Origin: Balanoglossus misakiensis
Lineage: Eukaryota; Animalia; Hemichordata
Reading direction: 5' to 3'
Assembly: GCA_040954595.2 (NCBI GenBank)
Contig: CM082579.2
Coordinates: 2,346,245 to 2,410,244 of the forward strand
Length of the DNA stretch: 64,000 bases
Position numbers and translations under genes: made by a program. Shown piece after piece: positions 13,201-24,900 of this stretch. The stretch's first letter is position 1, and the number at the start of each line of letters is the position of its first letter. Below the pieces are notes generated by a model. The model saw only the letters and a list, made by a program, of their open reading frames with translations, did not search any database and was not told where the DNA came from.

Positions 13201-16200
13201 ATGATGTCGAGTGTAATCAATCGTATCGTGTTGTTTGGTCGACCATTTAGTTAGCCATGTACATGGGCAGGGTGTACGAGGACGTCCGTTTCCTCGGCGT
13301 GCTAAAAGCCAACTTAGCAAGCGTTTTCTTCACGGATGTTGAAGCCAACACGAAATCCACGTTTAGTGGAGTCAGAAAACATGGTCGGCAGGGTGTATAA
13401 CTGCACAACAATTCGAAAGGTCTGGTAGCATGATCGGGGCACAAAATGGGAAGGAATAAATCGAAGTTTTGCGTATAGATATGGTGTTTCATATACAGCG
13501 ACTGCAGCATATTCAGAGAAGTTAAAATTCTTTAAATGATGTTAATATTTTTGCCGATGATAATGCTAATACCCAGAGCACAGGGGATTTTGTTTTCCAG
13601 GGCAGGTAATTACCAATTACTCTATTCGCAAATGACCTTCTCTTTATGGGAAAAATCAAAAAGGTAACGTAGCATGCATACTTATAGTCTGCACAGTAAA
13701 ACCTATAATTGGCGAGCTGGAAACTTAGCGGCTAATAACCCTATCTGGGGGAACCTTTCCAATCCACCCGATTCCACTGTTCACATTTTAATGGTCAAAT
13801 AATTTGAGAAGGCATTATCAAATGCCTATCACTTGCCATTTAATTGGCATTAATGCGCTCATCGCTATTTTGTTCGCCATTTCACGGCTGGGGCAGAGCG
13901 AGATAGCTCTGACAGACAAAAAGGGAGAAAGAGAAGGGAAATAGGTGAGTTTGCGATAAGCCACCTCGTGTCAGGTCCGTGGAGAACGCCAAATGGCGCC
14001 CGCGAGACCAAAACGATCCAATTGGTTTCCACTAATATACACATAATAAGTAGAAAGAGGTTGGCGTATCTAGGATTTTAATCGACGAAAAAAAGGAAGT
14101 AAGTACAGAGTAAACTAAACGATTGACTCGTCAAATATATACACTCACTCATTGATTCAGTATTTGAAAAGAAAACTTTTTTAGAATCGAAGTAGCTTGC
14201 TAATTACACGTGTCTCACTCTGACTAACGCGTCGATATACCCAATATATTTTTTTTCTTGCTAACATGATAACACTGGTCTCCCATTTAGAGAATGTGAA
14301 TCAGCTTCCAGAGTTGTATCCACGTTTACACGTGACGATAACAACTGCATCTCATTCAACTCAGAGCCTACATACACACGAGGCAATAGAGCACGGGGGA
14401 TAGTAAATCCCGCTTTCTATTTTGCCAGCCGCTTGGCCAGCTGGTTGTATAATCCACTGTGATCCACATTGCGAAAATAGGGCACTGGAATTAATGTGTG
14501 ATATCAGTGAGATAATTGTCAAACTGGCGACTGTGGCTGCAGGCACAATAACTTACAACCAACCAACCAGCCTACCAACCAACCAGCCAAACAAACAAAC
14601 AACCAAACACCCAACCAACCAAGCACCCAACCAACCACCAACCAACCAACCAGCCAACCAACCAACAAACAAACAAACAAAGAAACAAACAAACAAAATC
14701 AAATCGTAATACAATCTGAAGATCTTGCAATCAATTATCTAACACAGACATATATAAATTGAGTTCTTGTACAGCACAATGAATATTAATCAAATAGCTT
14801 AGGTATTTATACACAGTTCATAATGCGGCAGAGTAAAATGTGACCAATGTACACGATCATAAATAGCAGTAATGTAATAATGTCAGCCTTATACTGACTT
14901 ACACGCAGCTTTGCCAGGATCGCATTTCACGTGCAATATTCAACGTTGTCAAAGTTGAACTCGTAACGTAACGGACGCAACGGTGACACGACACAATTCA
15001 CCGACGGGCGCCACACGGACAGTTCCCAAACAATTGGGTAAAGGGGAGGAGCATTAAAATGATTCGCTGGTTTTTTTGTCGACGTCTCTGCTTGGGGGAG
15101 GGCGCGGGCGTGTCGATTGACGAACCGCAATGTGGTCGGTATGCCGACATGACCGATGTTGTACGAACGTATATACACACGATGAGGGCAGGGTGGACGA
15201 AATGGCGGCAGCTCCCCCACACAGATCGCTGTGCACGCTATCGCTTTTAAATCGTTTCAGAGGCATTTTCGTGGATCCTCTGTAGCCTATGGCACGCGCA
15301 CATATGTAACGCATTGGAAAGTGCGAGCGTGCGTGTATATCTTGCTGCTTGTTGAATGAAGCGGTCCTATTGATGTCTCTACGCACTGAGCGAGCGCGAT
15401 GCAATCGATGCGCTATTACTATTCGGTTCACACAAAAACGCCTAAACGCTCGAAACGTCAGCACACAGGCAAGATCACTACTATCTTCCAATGTGTATTT
15501 CCCGCCCAACCGACAATACTCTAGATTTGGATTCAGTGTTTAACTCACCATGTTAACTTCGGAGATACTATTTATGTTTACTATGTGCATATCCATTTCT
15601 ACCTTCACCGGTTCTCCTGGAACGAAAAGAAATCGTAATAAGAACCAATCACACACCGCACCATCTGTACAGAAAAATACACCCTGAATTAACTCTAGAT
15701 GACACTTCAATGATCTTCAATTCATTTAAAACAAAACAAAACAAAGAGTAACAAGACAAACTTGGCATTTGCTCTTTCACTGAACATGGTGATTGGCTAT
15801 TACGGTTGCATAATTTAAAGTTGAATGCGAAGAGCAGTCAAGGTGGGGACACCCGCGGCTTACCTCCAAACTGCGGCCTCAGCCGAATGTCGTATGTCTT
15901 AAGTATTTTGTCAATCGTGCTGGTGATGTTTAAGATGCGTTGCTGGTTATACGCGACATCTTCTTCTGGTTGTGATGAGGCACTGGGGGTGCAGAGATGG
16001 ATGGAGTCCATGCAAGAAATACGTATTAAGAATATTTCACATAGATTGACGATTTCAAAAATTCGAAAAAATGTAAAAAATACAGAAAAAAATATTTAAT
16101 CAGACAATCTGTAGATTGCTAGGTTAGAGATACTCACTTCGTCCAGTGTACATATAGTACCGATATAACCAGGTGGAGGAAAACGGGATGCCTCGACCAC

Positions 16201-16202
16201 AT
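4104..16202 (-). CDS. Lcch3: GABA-A receptor beta-class (LCCH3/GABRB-like) subunit gene, partial; join(complement 16138..16202,15864..15982,15549..15616,12313..12533,11360..11442,4784..4921,4104..4256); M2-M4 exons not in window
   Basis: Seven GT-AG exons splice in frame: signal peptide, [38 protein letters not shown], Cys-loop [34 protein letters not shown]1 and [14 protein letters not shown]. These are diagnostic beta/LCCH3 motifs. Confidence 0.93.
4784..4921 (-). CDS. beta subunit coding exon 6 (loops B, F, start of C)
   Basis: 138 bp, [15 protein letters not shown]...[10 protein letters not shown]...ISFSTG. Confidence 0.95.
7197..7240. repeat. (GA)n/(GACA)n microsatellite
   Basis: Direct inspection. 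Confidence 0.9.
8793..8966. mobile_element. related TTAA-flanked MITE-like remnant
   Basis: Right end tggcagctactggggct-TTAA is shared with 33400-33420. The left boundary (TTAA-AGGACAGT) is uncertain. Confidence 0.35.
11360..11442 (-). CDS. beta subunit coding exon 5 (Cys-loop)
   Basis: 83 bp, [33 protein letters not shown] donor. Confidence 0.95.
12313..12533 (-). CDS. beta subunit coding exon 4 (loops D, A, E)
   Basis: 221 bp, [12 protein letters not shown]...[14 protein letters not shown]...DGSVLYGLR, canonical splice sites. Confidence 0.95.
14556..14697. repeat. compound (CAAC)n/(CAAA)n microsatellite
   Basis: Direct inspection. Confidence 0.9.
15549..15616 (-). CDS. beta subunit coding exon 3 ([23 protein letters not shown])
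   Basis: 68 bp, ttccag acceptor, GTGAGT donor, SEVNM motif. Confidence 0.93.
15864..15982 (-). CDS. beta subunit coding exon 2 ([39 protein letters not shown])
   Basis: cccccag acceptor, GTAAG donor, 119 bp, YDIRLRP motif; missed by the ORF track. Confidence 0.92.
16138..16202 (-). CDS. beta subunit coding exon 1 (signal peptide [21 protein letters not shown])
   Basis: ATG at 16202, hydrophobic N-terminus, phase-2 GTGAGT donor matching exon 2. An upstream acceptor (tttatttattag) implies the exon starts at 16220. Confidence 0.8.
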
Positions 16203-16717
16203 ATTTGACGACTAGTTCGTCTAATAAATAAAACAGAGTAGGTACAACACACGATATAATGATTGATGCTTTCTACAACTATACCAAGGCAGCAGATACA
16301 GGCGGTGCGCAAGCGCAGACTTCCTCCAATGGCTCATTAATATAAGGGATGGAGAGTTGGACTGTTTCGTGTATGTGTGCGCTATGAACTTCGAGCAGCA
16401 CACGGCGGCTATCGCTACCGAATCGCCGTAGCCTTTTCTACTAGAAATGTTCGCTGATCATTTCCAATATCGGCACAGCTGTACACGAAACACAGCTGCC
16501 TGAAATGTAGTGATATAGTCGAGGACGTACGGTACTCAGTGTTCCATTCCAGTCATCTTCCCCGCTTGCACATTTTTCCGAAGCTGCCTTCCCCCCTGCA
16601 TAATGAACAGGCAAGCCAAATCTTTGTCCTCTGTTTCAAAATATCGGGGACACTGGAAATTCAGCTATGCAATAGGCACACCTTGCCCCTCAGTAGGAGT
16701 AATACAGACGACAGTAC

Positions 16718-17360
16718 CTCGCCTCACTCCCGCAGCAACAGAAACGCTGTATAACACGAAGTGGATTAATCTCGGGTGAAAGTGTTTGCTCTTCCGCCGT
16801 GTAACTGTACACACTGCCGTAACTGCTCCGTGTAAGGCGCTAGACGCCTCTCCTTATTCTGCCCAGCTCCAGATGCAATACGTTACATTTCTTCAACTTT
16901 CCGCCGCGTGTAAACTGGGGGTCGACGTGTAGAGACGTGAACTGAGATGTTCAGATGACCGACGTTGATGCTTTCTGATCTTAGAGACAGACGACGGGGC
17001 GACTGCTGTGTGCAAGAAATCCAAGAATCGGCGATCAACGCTGCTCGTGTGCGTTTTGCGTGTGTGGCGGAGCCGGGTTCTTGTAAACAAGTGAAGTCGA
17101 CGAGATCGGGTGTATCATCCAACACGAGCCGGCGCTGCTGAATCCGCCCGAACGGTACAGTCCGGAAGGCGCGCTGTGCTGATGAGCCGAACCCGCCTCC
17201 ACGCACTGGTTTGACGAATTCCGAACAAGTTGTGTGTAGTAAAAGCTACAGCTATCCGTTCTGTCGGCAACAGCTGTACACGATATGCAGCCTGTGAAAG
17301 CGTGAGATGACTGACAGGCGCGTGCAATTCGTCGAGCAGTCGTCAATCTAACGTCACGTT
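16718..17360 (-). promoter_or_regulatory. putative promoter and non-coding first exon of the beta gene
   Basis: CpG-rich stretch, Inr-like TCAGTC (complement of 17309-17314), candidate donor GAG|GTACTG at 16718/16717. The acceptor at 16221 requires some upstream exon. Confidence 0.3.
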
Positions 17361-20148
17361 GTGGGGGGTCCTGCTCAAAAAAAAAGTACGAAGGAAATCG
17401 AAAAGATCGATGATGTCAGCAGTCAGCTAAACTACTAGGTCATACTTCATCGTGTTCGCGTCCACGAACGGAGACAAGCCGTCACTTGTGACTGTGGGCC
17501 CTGGCTCTGGCTGCACTGAGAGGCGATTCTCGGGTTATAATGACATGGTTAGGGGTCCATCCAAAGGCGCCCTAGGGTTCCGACTTTAAATTTGCGAGTG
17601 ATAACAAACGTTATAGTTTTTACCGGTTTGGAGGCTGCGCTACGTCTTTGATCGTTTGGTTCTTCGATCAACGTGCCATAATTCGAGGCTTCCGAAGGAT
17701 CGATTCAGATAGGAATCACGTGACCATCCCCCAAGGATAGATGTTGTCGGTGTAATTAATTGTATGTGGGTAGTTGCTAATGACAAGCAAGCCGCACCAT
17801 CGCCAACTAGAAAGTAAGTGTTTATTTTCCGCTGCCGTTAAATTTGTACATTATGTATTTGTCAGCATCCTGCTATGCTTTGTCCCTCCTGTTGAATATA
17901 CAAACGTACGGCAACAGATGAAAAGGAAAAAATACGATGTAATCATTGTTAGCTTGGGAACATTTTACATTTTCGCTTTGTCGTACTAAATATTTGCACT
18001 CGCGATTTAAGCGAAGTGAAAATTTGATTTCCCTAATTGACCCGGCGATTACGTAACCAATTAACACATTTTTTCAACATCTGGTGATTTAATAGACTGG
18101 TACGGTTTGAACGACCGCAATTTTATCTTCCGGTCAATCGTGCCGCGCTCGCAGACAGCCGTTGACTGGAGCGCAAATAGTCGACGCGTTCAGCGAGAGT
18201 GTTGCTGTCTGCCTCGCTGCTCAGCTCAGAAGAGCGAACATCGATCATGACTCCAACACATCACTCAGATCATGTGTAGTTTGGAACTGATTTGAATTCT
18301 TCAAAGACAGTTCCGGAACATAAAACCTGACGGCGTTGCCAGTAAATTATCTGGAGTCTAGCATTGTACGCCCGGAACATATCGACTTTGGCGTAAAGCA
18401 GAATAAAATATACCGCGTTTCCCTCCAAAGAAGCTACGTGCAAACCAGTCAATGCTTTTTTTAAAGGCAAACATTAACATTTCTGAGTGCGCTTGGCAAT
18501 AAAATTCTAAAGGCTCTGAAATCTTCCTCGTTTCTGTAATTTGCTGAAAATCGCTAGGAACTAATCATTTTTATTCAGGATCGCCTTTGAGGCCCACGTA
18601 GCCACTAATACGAGCGGCACTGGACTGAAAAAAAATACATTCCGTCTCAGTCGCAAAGCCATGGCTGGGCGTAGTCTTCTCTTGGGTGTAGCAAACTGGC
18701 AGATGAAAATGGAAATATTCCAAAATTACTTTCTGCGGTCACCGCGGATGACTTGACGCTATCAATAACCCTGAACACCCTCTGTAGCCCGACCAGTGTC
18801 CGCTTGTGACGGGTTTCATTTGGCAGCGAAGTTGATCTGTTGAAATGGTATTTGGATGGTATTGCTTTCAAGTGAAAAAATCTTTAAAACTGTGAAAAAG
18901 AAAATAATCCTTGATGAGGCTCAAAGATTTAATGCCAATGTATCAAAGAGCGGTTAGCGATGGCAAACCACCACGTAATCATATCAGAAACCAGTGGCTC
19001 CGCTCGCCGCAGACAGCGCATAGCGTCCACGCACATAATTATCCCTGCATGAAAAGGCAATAATTTAGCCATGTGATCTGCACCGCGGGCCAGAAACTGT
19101 TACTGATCCAAATTGGTACCTCTGAAACAATATATTTTTTATCGCGATGGGGGACCCACTTTCACTCTAAACATTTCTCATAGCTTGCGGTTGCTTGCTG
19201 CCAACCTTTGCTTGGCACACCTAGAACATCGAACATCTAGCGCGTGTCTCCCGTGACGTCAAAGAAGCCTCAACGATACGTGGCCCTCGGAGCGGCATTT
19301 TTGACCGTGCCCTTTTAAGACTCAAAACGGAAAATATATTCGAAATATAGCATACATAGCCAGAACTCAAACGAAGGAAACGTGGGCAGATGTATTTGAG
19401 TTCAAATGAAGACGATGTAACAGTTGCGTCATTTTTTTTTCGGAAAGGGGGGGGGGGTATAATATACATCATTTACTTCATCACTGTGGCTCATAGTTCC
19501 CAATCTGTGATTGCTTGTTCTTAAGAGGGGTTAAGTGGGGGGAAGTTTGCCGAGAACAAGGAGACCACTAGTCAATTGAATTCGTCTTTATTTTGCGGAG
19601 CATCCTTATGTGTTTTCAAATTAACTACCTCGTTGGGTTATGATTAAGGTTCTTCTGAGTGTAGCAGGATAACGTGGGCTCATCAATTTCCATTGATGGC
19701 CAACGAGATCGGATCATCACTTCGCATTTCCCCCCAGCTTTTTTCACTTAACATTCAGATTACTTTTTGACTTGGAATACCAATGCGAACGTTACCACAT
19801 GACGGTGGGTTCTATCCTAGATTTAAAAAAAACGAGACGAGGCATCCTGGTGATTTTCGTTTTCATAAACGAAAAAAAAAAGATTTTCGACATTTCCTCG
19901 GTCAATACCAATTAATATAAATTAAAAAGACTAGCATCAATTGCACGTGCACTAGATAACGAAACTGGCATTACAATGTAGTTTGTTTTGTGAATCACAT
20001 GTTGCCATAGTTAAAAAGGGATGATCATTGTGCTCATCGCTGCTGCCAGTTATATTTGCTTTCACGCTTACAACACTGGATATTTCGCGTGATAATATTT
20101 ACATTGTCGTCTTCCGCTAGTTTATGCTTTTTGTTCAGTAACTTGGAA

Positions 20149-20236
20149 GAGAGACAGAGAGACAAAGACAGACAGAGAGACAGAGATGAGAGAGAGACAG
20201 ACAGACAGACAGACAGAGATGAGAGACAGACAGAGA
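20149..20236. repeat. compound (GA)n/(GACA)n microsatellite between the two genes
   Basis: Direct inspection. Confidence 0.9.
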
Positions 20237-20899
20237 AAGCTCGTTTATCTAACAGCTAGAAAATTGGCTGTGTTCTCAACTGAAATTTACGACCTGCTTG
20301 GTGTCTTAATCCGCACTCTCTTCACAGTTTTATTTAAAACAAATTACCGAAAATAATGATAAAGATTCCGAGCACGTTTTATTGAGTGGGAAAGGTTTGG
20401 AGTGAGTGGAAAACCTATTTCCAGTCTCTCATGATATTAATCTTTGTTATTTTATATATAAATCAGACAACTGTCGGATTTCATTTTCTCTAAAAACATG
20501 AATACATTACCCCCGCAACATGATGCACGGCAGATAGGATTTATATCCGAGGAGTCGCTGCTCATTTCGCACAAATATAGGGTGCCACGTTTTTCTGTTT
20601 GCATTTTCGCACATATGTCATTAATTTGGGAGCCAGAGGTGTAAATGAATTGAAATAAATTAAAAAAGATGCAAGCTGCTGTTGTTGTGTTATATACCGC
20701 GTAGCCGCGGATTCATGCTATGATGATTCGAGATACACTTCAGTATATTACTCTGTTTCACGGCCCCCTATTCCGATTCCGATTTCTACCTGTTACGTAG
20801 GAGAAGTGTGCTGTTGTTTTGTGACCAGGTGTGTTTTTGCATACTTTCGTAATTTGAATATTTGCGTGACCAGGTGTGGTGCATTCATTATTTTCCACA

Positions 20900-21084
20900 T
20901 ATAAAAAGTCCGCACGTGGTGTTGCGGCGTAGCTACCAATTTGGACTTGCCCGTGTGAGCTGTTCTGTTCCTCGCCGGCTTAGAAGCTGTGCCGTATTTC
21001 CTGTTGCACTGGTCTGGAAACCGCGCCCAGAAACCGTCTTTTGTTGCGTGCTGCGCTGGTTGGTTCACCAAAGCGAGCCATTCA
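20900..21084 (+). promoter_or_regulatory. putative TATA box and non-coding first exon of the alpha-like gene
   Basis: TATAAAAAG at 20900-20908, ATG-free GC-rich stretch downstream, perfect GTAAGT donor at 21085. An alternative donor CAG|GTAGG lies at 21554/21555. Confidence 0.4.
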
Positions 21085-21820
21085 GTAAGTCTATTTGCTC
21101 ACTGCCCTGTTTCGGAACTGAACGGCCAGCGTGCCGTAACAGACCCATAACAACTTGAAGCTTTTTTATGCTTTTCACGTGTACAAAAACGAGTTTTGTT
21201 CAATGGCTACCATTACGGATCTAATATATCGAGAATGCACAAACTGACGCCCCGTCTGTGTGTCGTCACAGAAACCGAGTCCGCGACCATCACACAGTTA
21301 CCTATCCCACAATTCCGCGGGAGGGCGACAGCAGCCAGCGTGCCAGGCGGCAACCGACGTTTTCTAACTCCGTTGTTTTTCGCGGCCGTGGCACATGATA
21401 CGAGCGCCATGCATGCATCCGTTACCGACTATTTAATTACATGACAGGCAGCCAGACCATCTCCGAGCAAGCCGGCGGTTCCATTTCTCAAGCGGCGTAC
21501 ACTCGTCTCAATGTCTCGCGGCCTGAACAATTGATTTCCTTCATTCTACCACAGGTAGGACGAATGGAACAGCGCAGCGACAGCCCGCGCCCTTCTTAAA
21601 TATGCAACGCACAGTCCCAGGTTTATTGCACATCGCTGACATGATGAACATGCCACACTCATCCGTTGAAACCTTCCTGTAACGCAAAGTACACTCTCTG
21701 TTTTTTTGTTTCAGCGACAATAATACATAACTGATACGAAAGACACCTCCAACGATTGCTACGCATTGTGTCGGCTATCCAACGTGGTGACCACAATAAT
21801 TGAGCACAACTGACGGCTCC

Positions 21821-21835
21821 ATGGTAACGCTGTAA
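21821..21835 (+). other. 4-codon upstream ORF (MVTL*) in the alpha-like 5' UTR
   Basis: ATG GTA ACG CTG TAA, ending 1 nt before the main ATG at 21837. Confidence 0.6.
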
Positions 21836-21836
21836 A

Positions 21837-21910
21837 ATGGTGCGGCCCAATATTAAGTTCCTGTGCGTGGCAGTTCTTACTGTCATATTTTTGCAGCTGC
21901 TTTGCTTTGG
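21837..21910 (+). CDS. alpha-like coding exon 1 (signal peptide [25 protein letters not shown])
   Basis: Strong-context aaaATGG, hydrophobic core, phase-2 GTAAGT donor. The acceptor tttttttgtttcag puts the exon start at 21715. Confidence 0.85.
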
Positions 21911-24900
21911 GTAAGTAGGATGCTGTTCCGTTTAAGTTCCTCGCTATTACAGGCACACTTTGGGATTTCTCCTTGTCGGGTTAATTGTGTTTTTATAGGG
22001 TAGTTAAAGCGAATAAACACAGCCGAAGCATTTCGGGAAAGTGCACCGGAACCGTCTCGTTAACAACTTAGAAGCATAGCATATTTAACCAAATCGCTGT
22101 GAAATATTATACTTGTTTGGAAGTAAATGGAACTGGGGGTGCTCGGTGAATTGGCCGGAGAGCGCAAGAGCGCCGCGCATGAGAAAGGGTCAACCTTCTA
22201 GCAACCAAATGTGCGGATGAGATCGGTCGATCCAGGCATGTCCTGCCAATGTCAGTGTGTTTTTGTAGGTTTGTTCTGTAACAAGGTGCAAGATGGTGCT
22301 TCAGCAGGTTTTTAACTGCTCTTGTGTTCTTATCCCTGTCATTGCAAACACAACAACAAGAGCCAATGTATATTACAAACTACGTGGTGTTGAAAGCTCT
22401 GGTGACACATAACATGGATATCAGGTCCCACAAGATAACGTCTTACCCTGGCCCCGGCTCGTCTGCTACAAACGCTGCAGAAAGCTGCACAAAATCATTA
22501 TTTACCTCATAGACGTTCCGGTTGTCACTTCATTTGCCTCTTAATTTGATTTATATCGTGCGTTACCTGGACTAATTGTTAATTACCATGTCCAAGTTTC
22601 CCGTCCGGGCCATTAACTTGTTCTGATGTTCTGATAACTGATATGTACCTTGTGACAAAGAGGCTGTCGTCACCAATGTTGCTATCGCGTCCAATAATCT
22701 GGCAACCTATTCTCCTTCCTCGTACAACCATTGTATGTTATTGAAAATTGACAGCTATATCTAACGATCTATCAGCTTTTCCCGTGGAAATATGAGCGCT
22801 ATTACTACAAAGTAAATGATGCTTACACGTCTTGTTTCCAATAAAAAAACTGCCCTCATTCCCATGCCCGGGGCTTTATAACTTTTGCCTGCCCCATAAA
22901 CTATAATTTCCATTTTACAACCTTCTCTTTCTTTCTCGAACGCACGTCTCAAAAGTGGAAAAGACCCCGCTATGCAATTACTCCAATGTAGACTTATTTG
23001 TAGTTAATAGGCTTTGAGGAAATTGGGAAGGATTGAAGAAAACGGTCACTTTTCAGCCTTGTGCGGTTATCGCAGCCACATTCAAAAGAACCCTTTCTAC
23101 GAATGTGACATACATGTCGATCGTATATTTGCTAGAGCCATATTATAAACGAAGTGGTTTTTCAGGAATTACAACGCGTCAATTTTTGGAAACCTTTCAT
23201 ATATTATCAGGTCACCATCAAGTCATGTTACAGAACGTTTCACTAGAATGTGTGGACAGTGTGCTTATCTGTACGTCACGGTTATTTTTAATTTGTAGAA
23301 CCAATTTTTACGTGGTGGCAGAGTACGAAAGTTCGGGGGATGGCGATTTTATAACCCTTAACGTGGACATGGAGCAGGAGCGAGCACGACAAAATCTCTC
23401 AAGAACTCTGGATCGCATTGTTAATATTTCAAAGTATGAAAAATCTCTACGTCCGCGTCATGGAGGTAAGATCTGTCTGTATTTATGTATACATTGTATG
23501 TCTGTCTGTCTGAATGTCTGTCTGCTTAGACATAGGTATATGCATTGTAGGTTGGTGGGTATGTTTAATCCACAACATGCTATGACGTCATTTGTATTCA
23601 GACCAGGTGATGTAAGGTGGGGGGGGGGGTTGGTGTGTTCACGAAGTTAGTACAGTCCGTCGTCTTCCTCGGATGCCCTGTATCCATTCCGACGCGCATG
23701 CGTGGGTAACTTTATAATGAGTGAATGAGCTGGGCGGGTGACTTCCTTCGCGAAAGGCGCACAACAGCCCCGCCCAGAACAGCGATAGCACGTAGCACTA
23801 ATCTGATTTGGCGATGAAATGGAAATTCAAGGAGAGGACAGGAGAACAGTCGGTCACAAAGCTAACCTCAAATCATAATAAACTCGGCTAGATTAAACCT
23901 CATTACAGATTTAGACTCACTTTGTGTAGCGTCATTTAGCAGTGCGTGGAACCTTCTTCCCGACAATTCAGTACGTATTAACCGACGCTGTAGATCATCC
24001 TGATAGTCAATATGCGTGAATGAGCGTCGAGTATGAATCAACCAGCGCTAAATCCCGTCAAAGGCCGTGTCGTGTTCCACCCCCATTCTTTTTTAACGCA
24101 ACAGTCATTTTGATATTGTGCGCCAGCGTAGAATATGAGATGGAACGCCCCAAAACGACTCGATGAATCTCCACTTATAAGTATATGATTTGAAGGCCGC
24201 GAACATCTACACGGCAGGAAGTTAAAATAGCAAGCTGAATGGTATTTATCTCGAGCTTTTTGTATGGAATCAAGGTCGCGTTGACAATTGAAATAAAAAT
24301 GAATAGATCTGAAAAGATGGAGCGATACTTAGACGCTGCAAGTGAATGCCACTGACATATTTCCTACAAAGCAACTGGGGATTTTCGTTCTCCGTGACAT
24401 CTGTTCGATAGAGCTAATTTACCACAAAGTAATGGTTTCATGGCATCCTGTTTAAAGCCATACACAGGCGAATGAAAAGGCTAAGCTAAAGTGGAATTCA
24501 AAGGCCGTGATGATGGAAACAGGCGACGCATGCCACGAGTATCTAACTTCACGGTGATTTTCCTTTGATTTACGCTATGTACGCACACCTGTGAGGAAAA
24601 CAATCAAAGAGAACGTATATCAACACGTTCATATAGCACTTGCAAGCAAGCACGAAAACGAAAACAACGCTATTTGGAGCGCCTGCTGACAAACTAGTCA
24701 GTGTTTCCCCTTTCATACTCTCTGAAATCACCGTCCAATCGGAAATGCAGAAATCATGTACTCTTAGCACTTAGCAACATGGCATCAAAACAGGCTCCGC
24801 CAGTAATCATTATCAGTCAAGGTAAACAAATTACCTGGTCAAAGATACAAGGTAAAAACGACATTTACAATATGACCATCTTGAACCTCTGCCGAATACG

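Noticed and set aside
23033-23650. 205-aa ORF as a stand-alone gene
   Set aside because: Only 23299-23465 is receptor-like and bounded by splice sites; the rest is intron read-through.
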